This document shows, in pieces, positions 18,353 to 25,528 of a stretch of DNA of 64,000 bases. A program made the position numbers and the translations under genes. How positions within the stretch are numbered: the stretch's first letter is position 1; every line of letters begins with the position of its first letter. The stretch spans positions 1-64,000 of IMG/VR virus record IMGVR_UViG_3300035670_000130. One strand, 5' to 3'. The stretch is from a virus. Under the pieces are notes generated by a model. It had not been told where the DNA came from and did not search any database. It saw only the letters and a list, made by a program, of their open reading frames with translations.

Positions 18353-19246
18353 ATGCACATCTATAAAAATAGTAGCGGAGATTTACTCCCATCAGTCACT
18401 GAAATCATACAGAAAACAAAACCGGAAGAGGATGTGAGAAAGCTCGAAGATGCGATAGAGAAAAAGAAATCCAGGGAAGGCATGAGCGAGGGTGATTGGT
18501 CTGCTCACATGAAAAAAGCCCAGGATCGAGGAACGAAAACCCATCTCTTTATGGAGTCGTACCTGCCGCTTGTGGAGATTGGGAACAAAGAGATATTGGA
18601 GGACGGGAAATGTTCAAAGGCAACCCACGATTTAATTGTGGAATGCAGAAATCAGTTTGAGTCGGATCCGTTGTGCGGAGATTATTGCAAGTCAATCACT
18701 GAATTCGTTCGTGACTTGAACAAAAGAACACGCAAATGGACAGTAATAACAACGGAAGCGGAAGTTATCAATGAAACATGTGGATATGGTGGCAGAACTG
18801 ATAGCGTAATCCACCTCGACGGAAATGACCACTTGCTTGATCTGAAGACAAACGGAGGATACTGGAGCAATTGGCAGCAAAAGCAAATCTATAAATGGGA
18901 AGAATGGGTCAGGGGCTTTAAGGGCACCTACATCGAAACGGAGACAGTATCTCACTGGGACTACGTAGACGACAAGCTTAAAGACAAATTCATCCAACTG
19001 GCGTTGTACATAATGGCAATGCGGGATATGCGTTCAAGAGAGGAGTTCAACCATCAAATATCGGCAGCATCCATTCTGGTCGCATTTCCTTCCAAATATC
19101 AACATATAGAGATGGAAAATAAAGTGTGGGCTGGATGCTTTGAAGAAGCGGAAAGAAGAGTAAAGGAATACATGGAAAAGCACCTGGAGGACTGGAAGAA
19201 AAGAGCAAAGGTGTTCTTGTCTGAAAACCCTGACATACAAGTTTAA
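18353..19246 (+). CDS. PD-(D/E)XK family nuclease (RecB/YqaJ-like exonuclease fold)
   Basis: 297 aa. GTKTHLFMESY, GGRTDSVIHLDGNDHLLDLKTNGG (D...D.K core) and QLALYIMA match the PDDEXK_1 pattern. Confidence 0.6.
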   Translation: MHIYKNSSGDLLPSVTEIIQKTKPEEDVRKLEDAIEKKKSREGMSEGDWSAHMKKAQDRGTKTHLFMESYLPLVEIGNKEILEDGKCSKATHDLIVECRNQFESDPLCGDYCKSITEFVRDLNKRTRKWTVITTEAEVINETCGYGGRTDSVIHLDGNDHLLDLKTNGGYWSNWQQKQIYKWEEWVRGFKGTYIETETVSHWDYVDDKLKDKFIQLALYIMAMRDMRSREEFNHQISAASILVAFPSKYQHIEMENKVWAGCFEEAERRVKEYMEKHLEDWKKRAKVFLSENPDIQV

Positions 19247-19336
19247 CTGGAAGACAAACAGGGTTAAATTAAGCATGAACACCAGCGAGGAAGACAATGT
19301 CTCAGTCCATCGAAGTCCTGATCTGCCTGTTGACCT

Positions 19337-19600
19337 TTATTTATCCAGTTGCGCTAATCCTCCGGTTGGCTGAGCCAGTTTCGACAGATCCCGATCAATA
19401 GCCTTAGCCCGTTTCGCCCAGGTATCTCCCCCTTCCATCCCACGACAAGGATTGATACAGGGTCGATCACCGGCAATGTTGTTACAGACCAAACCAGCGA
19501 GATCCCGCTGGTTTCCTTTTTTGCCGGTTCCAGACCAGTAGTGAACGTTGTTAATGAACTTGGTGCCACAGGTAGGGCAAGACTTGATTGAATCAGACAT
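19337..19600 (-). CDS. Small zinc-ribbon protein
   Basis: I prefer ATG 19600 (MSDSIKSCPTCGTKF...CNNIAGDRPCINPC). The track ORF starts upstream at 19636. Confidence 0.5.
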   Translation of the reverse strand: MSDSIKSCPTCGTKFINNVHYWSGTGKKGNQRDLAGLVCNNIAGDRPCINPCRGMEGGDTWAKRAKAIDRDLSKLAQPTGGLAQLDK

Positions 19601-19641
19601 GGTTGTGACCAAATAAGTTTGCCCAAGTATAACCAAAAAAA

Positions 19642-19890
19642 TCAGTTTTGATCGTAGTCAATTAAACTGTTTGACAAATCTGATCGAAGCAACTCGTTTT
19701 CTTTCTCTAGTTGTTCAACCTTACTTGCCAGTTTGTTGCGAGACATGTAACCAGCCACTGCGGCCAGTCCAGACTGGACAACATCAGCGGCAATAGAAGG
19801 GGAATTGCCACCGGCAAACACAGACGTAATCCATATAATTATGCAGGCTGCGATCAGGGATAACGGAACAAAATCCTCGTCAATGTTCAT
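19642..19890 (-). CDS. Holin-like membrane protein
   Basis: 82 aa with GGAGG SD. Hydrophobic segments LSLIAACIIIWITSVFAG and AADVVQSGLAAVAGYM are followed by a coiled coil. It lies immediately downstream of the endolysin. Confidence 0.45.
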   Translation of the reverse strand: MNIDEDFVPLSLIAACIIIWITSVFAGGNSPSIAADVVQSGLAAVAGYMSRNKLASKVEQLEKENELLRSDLSNSLIDYDQN

Positions 19891-21210
19891 TTAAACCTCC
19901 TTGAGCCAGTCTCGCCATAACAGGATGAAATCATAATCTTTTTTGCGTTTTTGTCCATCAATCAACTCCATTGCACGCTTGAATTTAGAGGGATTGAGGG
20001 TAACACAGCAACCAGCAGACCACTGACCAATAGAACTAAAATGAGACAACGTGCCATTAGTGGTGTGCCAGTTAACCCCCCGCCAATTTTCAGCGGTAAC
20101 TTTGTCATCTCGCATAAAATTGCGATTCCGATCTCTGACCAATCGTGCAGTTCCAACCTGAACCATAGCGGATTGGCTTTTGTGCAAACCCCTCGCCCAG
20201 AGTCCTTTGTGATAGCCAACATCTAGTCGTGCGGCCCCGCCAGGAACCATTGGTCTATCCGTATAATATCGGCCCGGCTCCGTCGTTGATTGAGCAATCC
20301 AGGAGATTATGGGCTGCCCACCGCTGAACTTCAGTAGCACCATGCAATCATTCCATTGATCCGGGGTATCATTATTAGCAGTTCCATCGGGATTGACCCC
20401 CTCAAGACCGATGATGTTATAAGTGCCATCGGTCAACAATGGATAACCCCTCTTTTGACATACTGCTACAATACGTTCCGCCAACGTGGCTGGTAATTGA
20501 TCTGCATCCTTCTTTACCAGAACCTTTTTGCCTTTTGATAGAAGACGGAGTGAACCCTCTCCTACTAAATTGGGAAATTCTAGATAATTACTGCGTTTGA
20601 ACTCAATCCACGCAGATGACGTAAGCGCACCAGGAATACCGTCTACGGTCAGACTCGTCCCCATCACGTTATTTAACTCACGTTGAATAACCTGTACATG
20701 AGTTACGTTTTTAATATCAAGAATAGAAACAGGGCACTTATAGCAAAAAGCAAAATCATCAATGCTAGAAACGGGATTAATTGACTCATAAAAACGATGC
20801 CTTCCGACGGAGCCAATGATATGAAAAGAGCGATTAAACCGATCAACAACAGAAGGAGATGCTGTCGTTGGATTTAGATAGTGATCGGCACCCGCCATCG
20901 GGGTATTGATGCGAAAAGATAGGTACTCTTCTAGGATAGAAAGATAGTGAGAAAGATGCTCACGGGGATTTTCCATCCATTGCTGAATGAGATCGTAGTT
21001 GGGATCATCTTTATTCAAGCAGCTAAATTGCTGGGCCTGTTGGACAACCATAGCTGGATTTGCCGACCAACCATAACGGGGAGATCGTAAAGCACGTGTA
21101 ACAATGACACCCAAGACCGCAATGCGACCCTCTTCCGATTCTCCCCGAGACTCAGCCTTTACGACTGCGGCGATTAAAATTTTTTCTGATTCAGTTAAGT
21201 CAAACTGCAT
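19891..21210 (-). CDS. Multidomain endolysin (SleB-like cell-wall hydrolase + peptidoglycan-binding domain + C-terminal domain)
   Basis: 439 aa. N-terminal AESRGESEEGRIAVLGVIVTRA...QQFSC resembles Hydrolase_2/SleB. A central LTVDGIPGALTSSAW resembles PG_binding_1. The C-terminal part carries a SAGCCV motif. Confidence 0.75.
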   Translation of the reverse strand: MQFDLTESEKILIAAVVKAESRGESEEGRIAVLGVIVTRALRSPRYGWSANPAMVVQQAQQFSCLNKDDPNYDLIQQWMENPREHLSHYLSILEEYLSFRINTPMAGADHYLNPTTASPSVVDRFNRSFHIIGSVGRHRFYESINPVSSIDDFAFCYKCPVSILDIKNVTHVQVIQRELNNVMGTSLTVDGIPGALTSSAWIEFKRSNYLEFPNLVGEGSLRLLSKGKKVLVKKDADQLPATLAERIVAVCQKRGYPLLTDGTYNIIGLEGVNPDGTANNDTPDQWNDCMVLLKFSGGQPIISWIAQSTTEPGRYYTDRPMVPGGAARLDVGYHKGLWARGLHKSQSAMVQVGTARLVRDRNRNFMRDDKVTAENWRGVNWHTTNGTLSHFSSIGQWSAGCCVTLNPSKFKRAMELIDGQKRKKDYDFILLWRDWLKEV

Positions 21211-21235
21211 AAGTTACAACCATAATTGGCTGTCC

Positions 21236-21535
21236 TTATTCTAATTTGATTAACTGACCAACGGAAATGCCTTTGGTGTGACTTTGAACAACTACCCCAG
21301 CACCAAGGCGGGGATCGTTGCAGGCAACCCACTTGGCAGGATGCAACTCATGAGCGAGAGCGCAAAAAAGCCAGATGGGGCCACGACCACTAAGCACAAG
21401 ACCCTGGTCAAAGGAGAGTCCCAGTTCAGCCAACTGGGAAACAGCACCAGCGAGGGAAGAAGGTTCGATGACTCCACCGGGAATAGAAAAGTCAATCACC
21501 GCAAAACCATCAAACTGCTCAAGACTGAAGTCCAT
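21236..21535 (-). CDS. csx3: Csx3/Crn3-family protein (CRISPR ring nuclease homolog)
   Basis: 99 aa. GLVLSGRGPIWLFCALAHELHPAKWVACNDPRLGAGVVVQSH aligns almost residue for residue with my recollection of A. fulgidus Csx3: GVVISGRGPIWLHCFLAHKYAHTPFVAVYDPRLGAVVVQSH. Confidence 0.8.
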   Translation of the reverse strand: MDFSLEQFDGFAVIDFSIPGGVIEPSSLAGAVSQLAELGLSFDQGLVLSGRGPIWLFCALAHELHPAKWVACNDPRLGAGVVVQSHTKGISVGQLIKLE

Positions 21536-21563
21536 AAAGTTCCTTTCAAATCAACACCCCTAT

Positions 21564-21845
21564 TTAACAACAGGGGTGGAAAAGGGGTTTTCCGAATTCC
21601 GAAAGAATAGTATCAACTTGTTTTGGGTCAAGCTGAAACCATTCTCCGACCGAGCAACGATAATGAAAACCCTTGTGAACAGAGGACTCCAGCAGACGGG
21701 CTTTCTGTGGTGAAAATGGGCCGGCAAAAGCCACTAAAGACAGGGAGGTAGGAGAACCAGTCTGAAGCTGTTTAATCCGTCGTCCCACATCCTTTGCTAT
21801 CCCGACCTTATAATGTGTTCCGTTGCTCAGGAGGTAAACATACAT
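21564..21845 (-). CDS. T5orf172 / MUG113 (GIY-YIG-like) domain protein
   Basis: MYVYLLSNGTHYKVGIAKDVGRRIKQLQTGSP..L......E..VH..F...R..GEWF matches the T5orf172 pattern. ATG 21845 overlaps the KilA-N stop as TGATG. Confidence 0.75.
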   Translation of the reverse strand: MYVYLLSNGTHYKVGIAKDVGRRIKQLQTGSPTSLSLVAFAGPFSPQKARLLESSVHKGFHYRCSVGEWFQLDPKQVDTILSEFGKPLFHPCC

Positions 21846-22594
21846 CAATTGATCCAATTCATTTCACGGTGGTAAAACGACTTAGAAACGCAATAATCCC
21901 TGACAGCATTTTCAACACCTGGGTGCCTTGCAGGGTACATATTTGCACCAATTTGTTTTGAGCTTGACGTAGAATAGCGTTTGTCTTGCCCGATCATCAA
22001 ATCCCCATACAGAGCTTTAACGTGACGGCCTAGGGCAGACTCATAATTAGATGGAACATTAAATCCAAGACGAATTGCGACATCAACAACCCCCTCGTAT
22101 TCTGGAATACCAGTAGGTTTTAATAGTTTTTGCTGACTGGCTAAATAACGATTCCCCAAATGGACTTTAGCCAATTGAGCCAATTGCAGATCGCCATTTT
22201 CAACAAAAAACTTGATGGCTTCCATTTCAGTTTGAATGACCAGCGGCTCAATAAAATTAGATACTGGTTCGTTTAATGTTGTGACCCCAGACTGCATCAA
22301 GTTAAAAATATGGGCATCGCACCACACGGCAAACGAAGGACTAATCCATCGTGCAAGATTGATTGCTAAGCTTGGATGCCCCCAGGTTCCACCGTTTCCC
22401 CCTTCCTCTGAGTTAACTACCTCAGATGTGAGGGAGTTAGATAAAGCCTCCAGGTATTCTTGAGTTTGCTTGAGTCGCATCCAGTTATCAATTCGCTTCC
22501 CATTGGCTTGGCACATCTGGGTCAGGTTCACAAACCCATCAGTCCGACGTTGGATAACTGTGCCGTTGTAGTTAAAATTCTGTAAACTGTCCAT
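21845..22594 (-). CDS. KilA-N domain DNA-binding protein
   Basis: 249 aa with AGGAGG SD. NGTVIQRRTDGFVNLTQMCQANGKRIDNWMRL...GGTWGHPSLAINLARWISPSFAVW is the canonical KilA-N pattern. Confidence 0.8.
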   Translation of the reverse strand: MDSLQNFNYNGTVIQRRTDGFVNLTQMCQANGKRIDNWMRLKQTQEYLEALSNSLTSEVVNSEEGGNGGTWGHPSLAINLARWISPSFAVWCDAHIFNLMQSGVTTLNEPVSNFIEPLVIQTEMEAIKFFVENGDLQLAQLAKVHLGNRYLASQQKLLKPTGIPEYEGVVDVAIRLGFNVPSNYESALGRHVKALYGDLMIGQDKRYSTSSSKQIGANMYPARHPGVENAVRDYCVSKSFYHREMNWIN

Positions 22595-22855
22595 AGACTC
22601 TTTGCCTCCTTTTCAGGCTTGGGGTTAAAATCCTCCGGCTAGCACCGGGGGTATCCAATTTTAACACAGGCAAGCTTGTCTACAGGCAGACGCTGATGCG
22701 CCTAGATCCCCAGGTGGGACTAAGACACAACCTTATTTAATAGTTTGTTCTTCCTGGGGATAATCAGATCCTATCAGACTTCCTCTATCTCGGCATCCAA
22801 TAAGAGAGCAAATGCGGAATCCGGGGGGTCTGATCGCCATTGGCTTATTGCATCT

Positions 22856-24247
22856 TCAATATCTTGATCCGTGATTATTGCCATTTGCAATAAAGCTTCC
22901 ACTGGAGACAAGTCGTCGATAGTCTTGGGAGTCACTGCTTCCAGATGAGGTGGGTTTACGGGGGGTGGTAGTTGATGATCCATTTTCCGATCCTGATTTT
23001 TTATTGTTAGCACCGGCAGCAGACATGTCATCTTGCTGTGCGCCATTACCATCTTGACCCAATTCCCATTTAGGCCAGACAATCCGATAGAAACGTCCCT
23101 TCTCCCGCCAAAAATCTTCACCTTTTTTTAACTTGATCTCAGTGTCGATCACTTGATGGATTATCTGCGCTAACATACCGCACCATTCGTTTCGCAACCG
23201 TGCATGCTGGAAGGCCGGTTGCGCCGATAGTTCTCTAGCGGAACCGTTCATTACACCAGCGAAGAAGTAAAGAGGCAAACCGGGAAGCATCATGCGATAA
23301 CGCCATTCAACCATAATGTCAATCAGTGTCTGTAGATTGGGATTTTGACTACTCAGCTTACTGATTTTCATCCCCGGCAAAGGGTACAAATCGGTTGGAG
23401 CCATCCCAGACTGTTTTGCCGCTTCAGAACTTTTGATATAGCTGTCCCGATTGTCCCGGTTGGTGTTTTCCGGGAATTCGTGGATATTGGGATTAAAACC
23501 AAGGTCACGACAAGCATTAGCCAAATTATTGGTCGATTCCTTTAGCTTTGCCCAAATTCCGGTAGCAATCGAAGACTTCCAGGCAGACTGACCATAAAGG
23601 GCGGATTGATTATAACGAAGATGACAGATTTTCCATGGAGGAAAAAAGATCGCATCTGGGTCATCCAGTTGCGATCTCTGCTCAAATCCCTTTAGGTTGC
23701 CATGGTCATCTTCTAGTCTAAACATTTCAAAAGGCGGCAGGAACATCGTTCGAGAAACAACCCAATCATTACGACCAATCCCTTCTCGTTCCAGCCCCAA
23801 TTCCAAGAAGCTATCCCCCAGTCCGAGGGATTGCTTTAACGACTTTTCTAGCTTCCGTCCCCCGATAACGTATTCTCCCACCCAAGACTGTCTCCGAATC
23901 ACTTCTAGGGCAATAGAATAGACATCTGGATCAATATTTACAAGATCAGGTGACTGATCGGTTCCAAAGTTATAATCAGGCGCAACTGTAAAACCCTGGT
24001 CATCGCCATCAGTTGAACAGAAAACGGCATTTACAGCCAGGTTAAGAGTATGAACTACCTCATAGCAATATTCGTATGCCTCGCAAATTTCATGCACCAT
24101 TCCACGGCTATCATTCCGAACAATATTCTCCTGGATCTCCAGGTCATATCGCCGAGCAACATCCATGGGCGCATACCCCACGACAGATAGAGGTCGCTGA
24201 CTGCCGCCAATAGACTTTCCGTTGCTAGTCCTGCGTGATTTAGGCAT
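22856..24247 (-). CDS. Portal protein (putative)
   Basis: 463 aa from ATG 24247; the track starts at a TTG at 24271. A large ORF in the packaging region with no antisense alternative. The assignment rests on size and position. Confidence 0.55.
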   Translation of the reverse strand: MPKSRRTSNGKSIGGSQRPLSVVGYAPMDVARRYDLEIQENIVRNDSRGMVHEICEAYEYCYEVVHTLNLAVNAVFCSTDGDDQGFTVAPDYNFGTDQSPDLVNIDPDVYSIALEVIRRQSWVGEYVIGGRKLEKSLKQSLGLGDSFLELGLEREGIGRNDWVVSRTMFLPPFEMFRLEDDHGNLKGFEQRSQLDDPDAIFFPPWKICHLRYNQSALYGQSAWKSSIATGIWAKLKESTNNLANACRDLGFNPNIHEFPENTNRDNRDSYIKSSEAAKQSGMAPTDLYPLPGMKISKLSSQNPNLQTLIDIMVEWRYRMMLPGLPLYFFAGVMNGSARELSAQPAFQHARLRNEWCGMLAQIIHQVIDTEIKLKKGEDFWREKGRFYRIVWPKWELGQDGNGAQQDDMSAAGANNKKSGSENGSSTTTPRKPTSSGSSDSQDYRRLVSSGSFIANGNNHGSRY

Positions 24248-24305
24248 ACAATTAAATATATTTACGGGCAATTAACTAATCCTAACACCTGCAAATCCCT
24301 GTTAT

Positions 24306-24977
24306 ATGGAAGTCAAATTAATTTCAATCACAAAGCCAGTAAAAACAGATATTACGGCAGAGGCATTGATAGCTTACTGCGCTAGGGTATCCAGTCCACA
24401 CCAGACCAACCCACAATACGCCAAGCTTCTTCGATACTGCATCGACAAAGGACATTGGAGCATTTTCGAGATGGCACACATGTGTGTTGAAATCACCACA
24501 ACACGGATGATAGCCGCTCAACTGTTACGACATAAATCGTTCTCGTTCCAGGAGTACAGCCAAAGGTACGCCAATGCACTTGGATATGAACCATGCGAAG
24601 CACGACGACAGGATGAGAAAAACCGGCAAAATAGTATTGACGACCTACCGAAGTCGATAAAGGAACAGTTTCTCTTAGACCAACAGAAAATCTGGGAGAT
24701 GTGCGAGGCTTACTATCAAAATGCTATAGAACAAGGGATAGCAAAAGAGTGTGCCCGTTCCGTGCTACCACTGAACACGAAGACCCAGCTTTACATGAAT
24801 GGCTCGGTGCGTAGTTGGATACACTACTTGGGCGTTCGGACAGATGAATCAACACAGCTTGAACATCGGGTAATAGCAGAGAGGATCAAGGATATTTTCA
24901 CCGAACAATTTCCTGTCATTGCCGAAGCAGCATTTAGTCAAGATTCGGAATCCTCCGGTTCATCGCCTTTGTCATAG
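24306..24977 (+). CDS. thyX: FAD-dependent thymidylate synthase ThyX
   Basis: 223 aa. [17 protein letters not shown] matches the ThyX signature RHRxxSxxxxSxR. Confidence 0.9.
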   Translation: MEVKLISITKPVKTDITAEALIAYCARVSSPHQTNPQYAKLLRYCIDKGHWSIFEMAHMCVEITTTRMIAAQLLRHKSFSFQEYSQRYANALGYEPCEARRQDEKNRQNSIDDLPKSIKEQFLLDQQKIWEMCEAYYQNAIEQGIAKECARSVLPLNTKTQLYMNGSVRSWIHYLGVRTDESTQLEHRVIAERIKDIFTEQFPVIAEAAFSQDSESSGSSPLS

Positions 24978-25528
24978 AACAGATTCTTTATTAAGCTTGG
25001 ATGTCCGGTATCCGCTGAGAGAATTACGCTGATTTTTTCTTCGGCTCTGGACAGCCAAGATTTTTGCATTTTTTCCACTAGCTCAACTTTTCGCAATGCG
25101 GTTTGACTGGTAGATTCAGTCCGTTCTACCCTAGCACGAAGATCGTCAAGTGTATCGTCGATCTGGGAAAAGCGAGGTTGTATTTGATTGTAAAGACCAA
25201 TTAGTCCCTCCTGGACTGCCTGTTTCGTGGATTCGTGATTTTCCTGCTTAAATCGCAACCTGCCTAACTCGACCGACTCTTCCTTTCGCCTTTCCGATTC
25301 CATCCTGGCTCGATTAACGAAAAATCCAACAACACCAGCGAGGATGAGGGCTAAGACCTCTCCACTGAACAATCCGTCGATCAATCTCTCTAAAATATTC
25401 TGACTGTTTGGAGTAGCCGTAACCGAAACAGCATAAGCCATGACAAAGATAAAGGCGAGAAGCACCCTTGTCGCAAAACTAGAGATAAACAGAATGATTT
25501 GTTTTAACTGTTCCACTGGAATATCCAA
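24938..25528 (-). CDS. Membrane / coiled-coil protein; start uncertain
   Basis: 196 aa. Two hydrophobic helices ([24 protein letters not shown] and [14 protein letters not shown]) are followed by a coiled coil. The start is TTG or GTG. It overlaps the terL 3' end and, convergently, the thyX 3' end. Confidence 0.5.
   Translation of the reverse strand: MDIPVEQLKQIILFISSFATRVLLAFIFVMAYAVSVTATPNSQNILERLIDGLFSGEVLALILAGVVGFFVNRARMESERRKEESVELGRLRFKQENHESTKQAVQEGLIGLYNQIQPRFSQIDDTLDDLRARVERTESTSQTALRKVELVEKMQKSWLSRAEEKISVILSADTGHPSLIKNLFYDKGDEPEDSES

Noticed and set aside
18353-19246. PD-(D/E)XK nuclease as a phage Cas4 linked to the CRISPR locus
   Set aside because: It lacks the C-terminal four-cysteine Fe-S cluster signature of Cas4. 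It lies 11 kb from the array in a different operon. A generic RecB/YqaJ-like exonuclease is the safer call.
21278-21713. 110-aa and 112-aa plus-strand ORFs opposite csx3 and the T5orf172 gene
   Set aside because: They are antisense to two ORFs with strong family motifs and have no recognisable features of their own.
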